From a virus (lineage: Duplodnaviria; Caudoviricetes), in the IMG/VR virus record IMGVR_UViG_3300037313_000468, positions 1 to 41,427 of that record: a DNA stretch of 41,427 nucleotides; one strand, given 5' to 3'. Position numbers and translations under genes: made by a program. Below the pieces are notes generated by a model. It searched no databases, was not told the origin of the DNA, and was given only the letters and a program-made list of their open reading frames with translations. Of the stretch, positions 14,214 to 22,712 are shown piece after piece (position 1 is the stretch's first letter; each line of letters begins with the position of its first letter).

Positions 14214-16778
14214 ATGACCGAGCCAGACACCTCCCCACCAGACGGCCCCTACGCCGCCGCAGCCGCCGCGTACTGGGCCGCCGGCTGGCGCGGCCTGCTG
14301 CCCCTGCCGCCCAAGCAGAAAGCGCCCGTCCCCAACGGCTGGACCGGCGCCCGCGGCGAATGGCCCTCCCGCGCCGACGTGCAGGCATGGATCGAAGACC
14401 GACCCGACGCCAACCTCGCCCTACGCCTACCCCCCGGCGTCATCGGCATCGACGTCGACCACTACGACTCCAAACCCGGCGGGCTCGTCTTCACCCAGCT
14501 CGAGACCACCCTCGGCGCCCTGCCCGCGACGTGGCGCACCACCAGCCGCGACGACGGCGTCTCCGGCATCCGCCTCTACCGCATCCCCGAAGGGCTCCGC
14601 TGGCCCGGCGGTCTCGGCCCCGGCATCGACACCATCCGCGTCGACCACCGCTACGCCGTCGCCTGGCCCTCCATCCACCCCAACGGCGGCACCTACCGGT
14701 GGATCACCCCCGACGGCGCCACCGCCCTCGGCGTCGTCCCCAACGTCGACGACCTGCCCGACCTGCCCGACACGTGGGTCGCCCACTTCACCCGCGGCGA
14801 GCTCGCAGCCGACCAGCCCCACGCCAACCTCACCGACGCCGCCGCCGGCCAGTGGCTCACCGAGCGCGGCAAGGGACAGCCCTGCCGGCACATGCGCACC
14901 GCCCTCGACAGGGCGACCGCCGACCTGACCGTCGCCACCTCCCGCCACGACGCGACCCTCTCCGCCACGAACCGGCTCGTCTGGCTCGCCGGCGAAGGCC
15001 ACACCGGAGCTGCCGCGGCCCTGCACGAGCTGCGGGCGGCGTTCCTCAAGGCGATGGCCGGTGACCGCTCCGACGGCGTGGAGGGCGAGTGGGACCGCAT
15101 GGTCACCGGCGCCGTCCGCATCGCCGCAGCCGCCCACCCGAACCCCAGCCCCGACCCGTGCGACGACCCGTTCCACGGCCTCATCCCAGCCACCCGGAAG
15201 GACAACCCATGGACAGCGTCACCGAGTCCGACATCCACCTCGCCCTCTGCGACTGCGGCCACCTCGACGTCTTCCACGTCGTCGACTTCGGCGTCCTCGG
15301 AGACTGCGCCGCAAGCCACTGCATCTGCGACGGCTTCCACGACGTCACCGACTGACGCAGACGACCTCACCGAGACCCAGATCCGGCGCAACCAGGCCGC
15401 CGCCGCCGAACTCGAACGGCTCCGCGCCCAACGACAGGCACAGCGCCTCCTCGAGCGCGAAGACGAGGACAGCTTCATCGCCGACCGCGTCTGGCGGCGC
15501 ATCCTCGACGACAAGGCCGCCATCGAGTACAAGCGGCAGACCGAGCCGCCCGCACCGCCCTTCGACGCCGGCACCCTCGCCGACGTCCTGGCCCGACCCG
15601 CGGACCCGCCGATGCGCGTCGCCGGGCTCATCCCCTGGGCCGCGTCCGCCCTCGTCGTCGCCCAGCGCAAGACCGGCAAGACCACCCTCCTGCTGAACTA
15701 CGCCCGAGCCCTCATCACCGGCGAGAAGTTCCTCGGCGAGTTCGACGTCATCGCCCTGCCGCACGACGCCCGCGTCGCCTTCCTCAACTACGAGGTCTCC
15801 GCCGCCCAGCTCGCCCGGTGGGCGCACGAGGCGGGCATCCCCGAAGACCGGCTGTACCTCGTCAACCTCCGCGGCCGGCGCAACCCGCTCGGCAACCCCG
15901 ACGACCGCGCCCTGCTCGCCAAGGCACTCGTCGACGCCAACGTCCACGCCGTCATCGTCGACCCGTTCGGGCGCGCCTATACCGGCGTCAGCCAGAACGA
16001 CAACGGCGAGGTCCAGGCGTTCCTCGTCGGGCTCGAGGAGTTCGTCCGGTCCGACGTCGGAGCCCTCGACCTCATGCTCGCCACCCACGCCGGGTGGGAC
16101 GGGGAACGCACCCGCGGCGCGTCAGCCCTCGAGGACTGGGGCGATGTCATCATCACCCTCACCCGCGACGCCGACGAGGAGGAGCGGCGCTTCATGAAGG
16201 CGATGGGACGCGACGTCGACGTCGACGAGGACGAGCTCGTCATGGACGAGAACCGCAGCCTGGTTCGCACCGGCAACGGCTCCCGACGCGAACAGAAGGG
16301 CGACCGCGAGTCCGCCCGGCTGGCCGTCTACGTCGTCCGCGCGGCGCGGGAGAACCCCGGATGCTCCAAGTCGAAGCTCATCGAGGCGATGCGTGAGATG
16401 AGCGACGCGCCCTCTCTGGGGAAGTCGAGCCGCACCGATCTGAAGGTCAAGGAGGCCATCGGATACGCCGAGAAGGCCGGTCAGCTGAGGGTTGAGAAGG
16501 GCTCTCGCGGCACACCGGACAGGCACTTCGAAGCGTCGGAATCCACAAGTTATCCACAACCACCGCCACCACCGCCCAACCACCGCACTGCGGTACCCCA
16601 CCGCACCACCGCCGCCCCCGTATATGGGGCGGTGGTGGGTGGTGGTGGTCCTGAGCGGCACTCAAGCACGACGAAGGGCGGCGGTGGTCCCGACACCGAA
16701 GCGCGAGTCGTCGAGAGGACCGTCGCCGGTGAGCGCTACCGCGTGAACCTCGACACCGGCGACATGGAGCCCGTCTGA
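14214..16778 (+). CDS. Bifunctional primase/polymerase fused to an AAA/RecA-type helicase
   Basis: Prim-pol motifs (LLPLPPKQKAP, NLALRL, IGIDVD, YAVAWPSIHPNGGTYRW); Walker A AQRKTGKT; Walker B VIVDPF; HAG...RGAS. Confidence 0.9.
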   Translation: MTEPDTSPPDGPYAAAAAAYWAAGWRGLLPLPPKQKAPVPNGWTGARGEWPSRADVQAWIEDRPDANLALRLPPGVIGIDVDHYDSKPGGLVFTQLETTLGALPATWRTTSRDDGVSGIRLYRIPEGLRWPGGLGPGIDTIRVDHRYAVAWPSIHPNGGTYRWITPDGATALGVVPNVDDLPDLPDTWVAHFTRGELAADQPHANLTDAAAGQWLTERGKGQPCRHMRTALDRATADLTVATSRHDATLSATNRLVWLAGEGHTGAAAALHELRAAFLKAMAGDRSDGVEGEWDRMVTGAVRIAAAAHPNPSPDPCDDPFHGLIPATRKDNPWTASPSPTSTSPSATAATSTSSTSSTSASSETAPQATASATASTTSPTDADDLTETQIRRNQAAAAELERLRAQRQAQRLLEREDEDSFIADRVWRRILDDKAAIEYKRQTEPPAPPFDAGTLADVLARPADPPMRVAGLIPWAASALVVAQRKTGKTTLLLNYARALITGEKFLGEFDVIALPHDARVAFLNYEVSAAQLARWAHEAGIPEDRLYLVNLRGRRNPLGNPDDRALLAKALVDANVHAVIVDPFGRAYTGVSQNDNGEVQAFLVGLEEFVRSDVGALDLMLATHAGWDGERTRGASALEDWGDVIITLTRDADEEERRFMKAMGRDVDVDEDELVMDENRSLVRTGNGSRREQKGDRESARLAVYVVRAARENPGCSKSKLIEAMREMSDAPSLGKSSRTDLKVKEAIGYAEKAGQLRVEKGSRGTPDRHFEASESTSYPQPPPPPPNHRTAVPHRTTAAPVYGAVVGGGGPERHSSTTKGGGGPDTEARVVERTVAGERYRVNLDTGDMEPV
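15209..15355 (+). CDS. Nested out-of-frame Cys/His micro-protein (48 aa)
   Basis: GGAAGGA RBS and ATG; MDSVTESDIHLALCDCGHLDVFHVVDFGVLGDCAASHCICDGFHDVTD; codons mostly end in C/G, while the host frame reads as an S/T-rich linker. Confidence 0.65.
   Translation: MDSVTESDIHLALCDCGHLDVFHVVDFGVLGDCAASHCICDGFHDVTD
16539..16650. other. Candidate replication origin element (DnaA box plus inverted repeats)
   Basis: Perfect TTATCCACA at 16550-16558, degenerate GAATCCACA at 16539-16547, CCACC-rich repeats and their inverse around TATAT. Confidence 0.4.
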
Positions 16779-17179
16779 TGGCCACCCTCCAGCCCCGGCT
16801 CTTCGAGCACCTCGTCGCCACCGGCGTCATCGACGCCAAAGGCATCAACGACCGCCCCCGGCCCCGCACCTGCCGAGGCTGCGGCGCGGACACCCTCGTC
16901 GCCTGGCGCGACGGGATCCTCGACCCCGTCGCCGTCGACCTGCTCGCCCTCACCCCCCTCGGCGAGCTGCAGGCCCTCGCCAGTGGTCGCGAGACGTTCC
17001 AGCACTGGGGCGGCGCCACCGGCGGCCTCGACACCCGCCGGCCCCGGATCATCGCCCTCCACCCCGCCGGTAGTCACCCCGGCGCCCCCGTCCGGCCAGA
17101 GCACCGGTGCGGCTCCCCACCGCTCGACCACATCCCAGCCCCGGCCGTCACCGGCCCCACCGACACCCCACCGTTCTAG
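16778..17179 (+). CDS. Hypothetical protein
   Basis: CRGC...EHRC motifs; TGATG coupling to the primase/helicase gene. Confidence 0.7.
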   Translation: MATLQPRLFEHLVATGVIDAKGINDRPRPRTCRGCGADTLVAWRDGILDPVAVDLLALTPLGELQALASGRETFQHWGGATGGLDTRRPRIIALHPAGSHPGAPVRPEHRCGSPPLDHIPAPAVTGPTDTPPF

Positions 17180-17186
17180 GAGAGAC

Positions 17187-17639
17187 ATGAACCCCAGCAA
17201 GGCGAAGGGCACCGCGGCCGAGACGCTCGCCGTGCGCTGGTTCCGCGCCCACGGCTTCCCGATGTCCGACCGGCAGCCACTGCGCGGCAACCGTGACACC
17301 GGCGACCTCGACCTGTGCCCCGGCCTCGTCGTCGAGGTCAAGGCCCACAAGCTGCCCACCGGCCACCCCACCAGCGGGCAGATCGCGACATGGATGGCGC
17401 AGTCGCAGCTCGAGCGCGTCAACGCGGGCGCCTCGTACTGCCCGCTCGTCGTCAAGCGCCCCGGCACGACCGACGTCGGCCGGTGGTTCGCGTTCATCAC
17501 GTTCGCCGACCTCGCGATCCTCACCGGGGCGTTCGTGCCCCGCGATATCGACACCGTCCCGGTCAGCCTGCCGGTGTCCGCCTTGGCGGCGGTGCTGCGG
17601 TCGGCCGGCTACGGCGACCCGCTCGAGGCCGCCGCATGA
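17187..17639 (+). CDS. Holliday junction resolvase (PD-(D/E)XK, Hjc-like)
   Basis: SKAKGTAAE...DTGDL...VEVK...W..Q...E; AGGAG RBS. Confidence 0.85.
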   Translation: MNPSKAKGTAAETLAVRWFRAHGFPMSDRQPLRGNRDTGDLDLCPGLVVEVKAHKLPTGHPTSGQIATWMAQSQLERVNAGASYCPLVVKRPGTTDVGRWFAFITFADLAILTGAFVPRDIDTVPVSLPVSALAAVLRSAGYGDPLEAAA

Positions 17640-17824
17640 GCCTGCACTGCCGCGCCTGGTGCACGCACTGCTCGTGGAGCCACTCCGGCCCCGACGCAGA
17701 CCGGGCCGCGCACCTGCACACGACCAGCAAGGCGCAGGGCCACGTCCAGCACCCGACCGCCAGCAGTTCGCATCCACGTCAGTTCTGCACCGATGAGTGC
17801 CGACTCGAGAAGGAGTCCCGATGA
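17636..17824 (+). CDS. Hypothetical Cys/His protein
   Basis: CTHC...H..H pattern; ATGA overlaps. Confidence 0.55.
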   Translation: MSLHCRAWCTHCSWSHSGPDADRAAHLHTTSKAQGHVQHPTASSSHPRQFCTDECRLEKESR

Positions 17825-18561
17825 GCCCCGAGCAGTGGACCGAAGAAGACCTCAACGAACCCCGCGAGGCCGAAGCCACGAACCCCGCAGACGCCGGGGC
17901 GCCCCCGCGTGCCCCCGAGCCGTCTCAGGCCGCCACAGAGGCGCACAGCGACGAGCGGTGCGGCTTCACGGTCTACGACAGCGACGGCGAGGAGCAGCCC
18001 TGCGACCGACCGACGACCGGCTGGCGCTGGTATCAGGGCCACGAGCATGAGGACGCACTCGACGTCGCCTGCGAGTTGCACGAGAACGAGGGCGGCCGAC
18101 GAATCCACGCCGCCGAGCGTGCGCTGGCCGACGAGCGGGCCAAGGTGGCGCGAGTCGAGGCCGCCCTCGACAACGAGCCGATCATCGTCGCCGCGATCCG
18201 CCGCGACCTGGAGCGCAACCCCGACGGGCGCGGCGGAGAGATCCACTTCATCCCAACGACTCCCGGATATGGCAGGAGCGGCTGCCCCGGCGACAACCTC
18301 TCGAGGTGGCCCGACGAGATCCGCGCGGCGCTGGCCGGTCCCGAGCCCGAAGCGTCATGGCGCCGACTCAACTGCCCGGTCTGCGGGTCGGGTGAGGTTG
18401 GCGACTGCGTGTGCCCCGAGACCGAGGCGACCGAGGAGGCTCGGTGCCAGTACGTCAGCGAATCGCCATGGGGCCTGACGCAGTGCGCGCTGCCCGAGCA
18501 TGACAACAGCGTGCGTCACGCCTTCTCGCCCTCCGAGGCGATCGAGGGCGGTGACCGGTGA
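17821..18561 (+). CDS. Hypothetical multi-module protein
   Basis: AAGGAG RBS; several Cys clusters and a short coiled coil. Confidence 0.65.
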   Translation: MSPEQWTEEDLNEPREAEATNPADAGAPPRAPEPSQAATEAHSDERCGFTVYDSDGEEQPCDRPTTGWRWYQGHEHEDALDVACELHENEGGRRIHAAERALADERAKVARVEAALDNEPIIVAAIRRDLERNPDGRGGEIHFIPTTPGYGRSGCPGDNLSRWPDEIRAALAGPEPEASWRRLNCPVCGSGEVGDCVCPETEATEEARCQYVSESPWGLTQCALPEHDNSVRHAFSPSEAIEGGDR

Positions 18562-18640
18562 GCAACCCGCCCGGCTGGCCCCGACCCCGCCCCCACACCT
18601 GCCCCTGCGAAGACTGCCAACGCCGACGCGAGGAGACGAC

Positions 18641-18805
18641 GTGACGACCACCGCACCCACCACCGACTGCCCCACCTGTGGACGAACCGCCAAGGAATGC
18701 GACGACTCGCGCGCCAAAGGCTGGGACAACTGCTGCCAGAAGTGCGACGAACGCGGGCAGGTCCAGAACCACCGACTCCGCGCCGTGAAAGTCGACCGCC
18801 AGTGA
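18641..18805 (+). CDS. Hypothetical Cys-rich protein
   Basis: GAGGAG RBS; CPTC...CCQKC; GTGA coupling. Confidence 0.55.
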   Translation: MTTTAPTTDCPTCGRTAKECDDSRAKGWDNCCQKCDERGQVQNHRLRAVKVDRQ

Positions 18806-18975
18806 GGCGCCTGACGATCCACCTCGAGTTCGCCTTCGGCAAGGACGAGCCTGAGACCGAATGGCGCGAGGGGTTCTCCGTCGCCGAGCGCGCCCCACGC
18901 GACGACCCCGACGAACGATCCGAGCTGGACCACCGCCGCCCCATCGGCTTCGCACCCCAGGAGGACCACTCATGA
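18802..18975 (+). CDS. Hypothetical protein
   Basis: 4-bp overlaps at both ends; C-terminal PIGF motif. Confidence 0.55.
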   Translation: MRRLTIHLEFAFGKDEPETEWREGFSVAERAPRDDPDERSELDHRRPIGFAPQEDHS

Positions 18976-19673
18976 CCGACTGCGCCCGAGGTTGCCTCCT
19001 CTACGGACAGCACACCCCAGACTGCACATGCACCGCCGAGTGCCCCGAACATGACCACCACTGCGAGGGCTGCCTCCCCCGCCAAGCCGAAATCGGCCAC
19101 TACTGCCAACGCTGCGCCTTCGAGCTCCGCGATCTCATCGCCGACCTGCCACGCCTCATCGGCGGCATGTACCTCATGCCCGGTGGGCAACTCGCACCAC
19201 CTGACCGCACCAACAACGGCGACCCCAGCCGCCGCGCCACCAAAGTCGACCAGATCAGCCCCTCGCCCGCGCAAGAAGCCGCCGACGAAGCCGCCCGCTG
19301 GCTTCACTCCTGGGCCCTCGCGCTCGCTGACACGCTCCACGAGCGCGGCCCCTTCGAGTACCGGCAAGACGGCATCCCCGAACCCAACCCGCGCGCCGAA
19401 GCCCGATACCTGACCAGCCGCCTCGCCAACCTCTGCGCGCACTTCGCCATCAACGACCTCCACGACGAAGCCCGGCAGCTCACCCACACTCTCACCCGCA
19501 CCACCGGCACTGACGAAGCCAACCAGCGCATCCCAACCCCCTGCCCCCACTGCGGCCGGCGCACTCTCATGCGACCCAACGGCGAAGACGAGGTGGTCTG
19601 CCGCAACACGAAATGCACCCTCAAGTGGGACTCCGACCACTACGGCCTGCTCGCGCGGGAGGCAACCGCATGA
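18972..19673 (+). CDS. Zinc-finger protein, possibly a late-gene regulator
   Basis: N-terminal Cys/His cluster and C-terminal CPHC...CRNTKC; coupled to an HTH gene at the end of the early region. Confidence 0.7.
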   Translation: MTDCARGCLLYGQHTPDCTCTAECPEHDHHCEGCLPRQAEIGHYCQRCAFELRDLIADLPRLIGGMYLMPGGQLAPPDRTNNGDPSRRATKVDQISPSPAQEAADEAARWLHSWALALADTLHERGPFEYRQDGIPEPNPRAEARYLTSRLANLCAHFAINDLHDEARQLTHTLTRTTGTDEANQRIPTPCPHCGRRTLMRPNGEDEVVCRNTKCTLKWDSDHYGLLAREATA

Positions 19674-19891
19674 CACACCTCATCCACGACCCCCTCGTCA
19701 CCACCAGCCAAGCCGCCCAAGCCCACGGGGTCGCCCCCGCGACCATCCGCTCATGGGCCAACCGTGGACTACTCACACCCGCACGCCGAGACGGACGCAC
19801 ACCCCTCTACAGACTCTCCGACGTAGACGAAGCCGAATACCTGTCCCGCACCCGAGACACCACCGGCCGCACCACTAGACGCATCGCTTAA
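19670..19891 (+). CDS. MerR-like HTH DNA-binding protein
   Basis: VTTSQAAQAHGVAPATIRSWANRGLL...PLYRLSDV. Confidence 0.85.
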   Translation: MTHLIHDPLVTTSQAAQAHGVAPATIRSWANRGLLTPARRDGRTPLYRLSDVDEAEYLSRTRDTTGRTTRRIA

Positions 19892-19994
19892 CGACACGCT
19901 ACGGTGAACGGTTGCCCATGCAACATTCGCACTGTTAGGCTTCGCCTAGCGCGTCGTCCACACCCACCGGGTCAGACGGCGCGCTTCGCATGCA

Positions 19995-20320
19995 CCCGCC
20001 GCCGCCCCACGTCCTACACGACCACCCCGGACGCTGGCAGTCACCGACGCCGTCCGCAGGGTGCACGACGTAGGTGCCGAGCGGCGGGAACCAGCTCACG
20101 GCCCGAAAACCAAGGGTGTGCAGGCTTTCCCTCTGCGCCGGACCGTGGCCCCAGACGGACTCCCATGCCGCTCTTGGGGCGTAAACCTCTGGCAGTCTCG
20201 GGCCGTCGCGCTTCGATGAGACTGCCGCGCCCGAGGCGAAGAGCACGGGCTCAACGGGCCGGCCCGACTCCGCGCGCGCAAGCGAGGTAGCCAGCACCGA
20301 CCCCGAGACTTTCGGGAGAC
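19995..20320 (+). ncRNA. Putative structured non-coding RNA or leader (family unknown)
   Basis: Lies in a ~430-bp intergenic gap (19892-20324) with no credible ORF; multiple nested inverted repeats (see findings). Confidence 0.3.
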
Positions 20321-20324
20321 GACC

Positions 20325-20525
20325 ATGCTCGCGACAGACCGCTGTGACCGCTGCTCCGCGCAGGCGTACACCGCATGGTGGCATGCCCACCACAAAGGCC
20401 TGCTCCTCTTCTGCGCTCACCACGCCACCGCGCACGAGCTCGCCCTCGTCGCAGGCGGCTGGGAACTCACCATCGACGACAGGGCCGCGCTGATGCGGTC
20501 CGTCCGCGAACCCGAGCCGGCATGA
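20325..20525 (+). CDS. Small zinc-binding protein (DRCDRC...LLFCxHH type)
   Basis: DRCDRCSAQAY...LLLFCAHH, a motif widespread in actinobacteria; GGGAG RBS. Confidence 0.75.
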   Translation: MLATDRCDRCSAQAYTAWWHAHHKGLLLFCAHHATAHELALVAGGWELTIDDRAALMRSVREPEPA

Positions 20526-20629
20526 GCGAACCCGACAACGTGTGCCCCACCTGCGGGCGACCCTGCCCCGTCGACCGCATGCCACACGGCGACTGCCCCG
20601 GATGGACGAAGGAGGATGGCCATGGCTGA
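20522..20629 (+). CDS. Small hypothetical Cys protein (35 aa)
   Basis: ATGA overlap; CPTC motif. Confidence 0.45.
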   Translation: MSEPDNVCPTCGRPCPVDRMPHGDCPGWTKEDGHG

Positions 20630-21761
20630 CAGTGGACGAGTCCTCTACGCGCAAGCCCCCACCAAGCCGACCGGCGTCCGCATCGTCCCCTGGGGCGACT
20701 CCACGACAGCCGCCGACACGGGCCGCTACCCAGCCACCTCATGGGGCACCCGCGACTTCTGGGCATGGGGCCACGTCATCTCAGGCGGCGCCTACCAGTA
20801 CATCCAGAACGGCGGCCTCGCAGGCGACGACACTGGCGAGGCGCTTCCCCGGTTCGCCACCGACGTCGCCGCCTACAGCCCCACCGTCGTGCCCATCGCA
20901 TTCGGCATCAACGACGCCGTCAGCGGGCTCTCACTCGCGACCTTCCAGACCAACATCCGCGCCATGGTCGGACTCGTCCGCTCCATCAAGGCCGCACCCT
21001 GGCTGTGCACCGTCTCCGGCAACACCAACACCGGAGCCATCCAGCAGCGGATCGCCAGCTACAACGCCTGGCTGCGCATCTACGCCGCCGCAGAAGGCAT
21101 CCCGCTGCTCGACATCGCCTCCGTCATGACCAACCCCGCAGACGGCAAGATCCCCACCGCCTACGACCTCGACGGCACCCACCAGAACGCGGCCGGCGCC
21201 AAGGCCATCGGTCAGAAGATTGCCGACCTCGTCACGCGCACCCTGCCCGTCTGGACGCCGCCGCTGCCCGTGTCGAACACCACCGACTCGCAGAACCTGC
21301 TGACGAACGCGCTGTTCCTCAACGGAACCACCACCCCGACCGGCTGGCTCAACACCCTCGGCACGCCGTCGATCATCAGCGGGGACACCGCGATCAAGGG
21401 CAACTGGGCGCGGCTCACCGACAACGGTGTCGCCACCTCGAACCTTCGCTTCAACGCCAACACCGGCATCTCGGCAGGGGACGTGCTCCGGTTCTGTGGG
21501 CGCTACCGGCAGGTCCAAGGCACCTCGGTCGGGACCACGTCGCTCTACCTAATGATGTTCGCCACCGCCAACCGGCAGGCCCTGGTCCTCGGCGCGCAAG
21601 CCCAAGACATCGACGGAGCGTTCTGCCTCGACGTCGTCGCCCCCACCGGGATCACCAGCTGGCAGGTGCAGATGGCCCGGACCTGCACCACCGCAGGCAA
21701 CGGCTACTCCCAGATCGCCCAGATCGGCGTCTACAACCTGACCACCCTCGGCCTGGCCTGA
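20622..21761 (+). CDS. SGNH/GDSL hydrolase with a C-terminal beta-sandwich (carbohydrate-binding-like) domain
   Basis: Blocks WGDSTT, GLAGD, FGINDA and DGTH; C-terminal domain starts NLLTNALFLNG; AGGAGG RBS. Confidence 0.8.
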   Translation: MADSGRVLYAQAPTKPTGVRIVPWGDSTTAADTGRYPATSWGTRDFWAWGHVISGGAYQYIQNGGLAGDDTGEALPRFATDVAAYSPTVVPIAFGINDAVSGLSLATFQTNIRAMVGLVRSIKAAPWLCTVSGNTNTGAIQQRIASYNAWLRIYAAAEGIPLLDIASVMTNPADGKIPTAYDLDGTHQNAAGAKAIGQKIADLVTRTLPVWTPPLPVSNTTDSQNLLTNALFLNGTTTPTGWLNTLGTPSIISGDTAIKGNWARLTDNGVATSNLRFNANTGISAGDVLRFCGRYRQVQGTSVGTTSLYLMMFATANRQALVLGAQAQDIDGAFCLDVVAPTGITSWQVQMARTCTTAGNGYSQIAQIGVYNLTTLGLA

Positions 21762-21777
21762 GCGGCAAGGAGCAGAC

Positions 21778-22050
21778 ATGACCGCCTCACCAGCACACGT
21801 CACCCTCGTCGCCAACACCGTCACCACCGTCACTCTGGACCAGAACTTCTCCTCGGTCGAGGTGCTCAACGTCGACGGGGCCGCCGCCATCTACTTCACC
21901 GTGGACGGCACCACTCCCACCGTCGAAGGCAACGGCACCAACGTCCTGCCCGCCGCGATCGGCGGGCTCACGCTCTATGCAGGTAACGGCACCGACACGG
22001 TCAAGCTCATTAGCGCCGGCACGCCGAAGGCGTCCGTCCGAGGGATCTGA
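21778..22050 (+). CDS. Small beta-rich protein, possibly virion-associated
   Basis: AAGGAG RBS; T/V/G-rich beta-strand composition. Confidence 0.7.
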   Translation: MTASPAHVTLVANTVTTVTLDQNFSSVEVLNVDGAAAIYFTVDGTTPTVEGNGTNVLPAAIGGLTLYAGNGTDTVKLISAGTPKASVRGI

Positions 22051-22361
22051 TGGTCAAGCGCAACAGTGCCCAACGGGACAGACTGCGGCGCCAGATCGCC
22101 CGCGCCCGACCCGCCTGCCACATCTGCGGCGCACCCATCGACTACGCGCTCCCATACCTACACCCCAAGTCCTTCGTCATCGACCACATCATCCCCCTCA
22201 TCCGAGGTGGTGCCGACACCATCGACAACGTCAAGGCAGCACACCGCGACTGCAACTCGGCCAAGCGCTCACGACGCATCGCGCCCATCGTGAAGCGCTC
22301 CGGCTCACTACCCCACCCGGGGTCACCCCTTGACCCACCAGCGCCAGCACCTCCGGTGTAG
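22050..22361 (+). CDS. HNH endonuclease (packaging-associated)
   Basis: CHIC...IDHIIP..RGG.D...N...AH..CNSAK; directly upstream of the terminase. Confidence 0.9.
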   Translation: MVKRNSAQRDRLRRQIARARPACHICGAPIDYALPYLHPKSFVIDHIIPLIRGGADTIDNVKAAHRDCNSAKRSRRIAPIVKRSGSLPHPGSPLDPPAPAPPV

Positions 22362-22406
22362 GCGGCATCTCTCTCCGACCTTTTTCCACGAGGCAGGTGA
22401 CTCGCC

Positions 22407-22712
22407 ATGGCTGCTCGGAAGTCGCCCCTGCGGGCTGTCGCTGCCGATGAGAAGGCGGCATCTCCCCTCAAGCTGCGCACCATCGCCGAGGCTGCGTCGT
22501 CGGGCACGACCCGTGACGTTCTGATCGCCTCGCGGGACAGGATCGCACGGGCCCTGGATGACCCGAACATCGCGGCTCGAGACCTGGCTTCGAACAGCAA
22601 GCGGCTGATGGAGCTCATCCGCGACATCGAGGCCATCGACGCTCGAGCCGCTGAGGATGGGGGCGCCGGTGCCGAGGTCGAAGATGGCGAGTTCGACGCC
22701 TCGGCTGTCTGA
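22407..22712 (+). CDS. terS: Terminase small subunit
   Basis: Small helical protein (RDRIARALDD...ARDLAS.SKRLME) overlapping the large subunit. Confidence 0.8.
   Translation: MAARKSPLRAVAADEKAASPLKLRTIAEAASSGTTRDVLIASRDRIARALDDPNIAARDLASNSKRLMELIRDIEAIDARAAEDGGAGAEVEDGEFDASAV

Noticed and set aside
18558-18644. 28-aa GTGA-coupled micro-ORF
   Set aside because: Plausible from the overlaps but too short to support; not listed as a feature.
19904-20290. 128-aa ORF filling the intergenic gap
   Set aside because: Arg/Pro-rich composition, no RBS and no codon bias; treated as non-coding.
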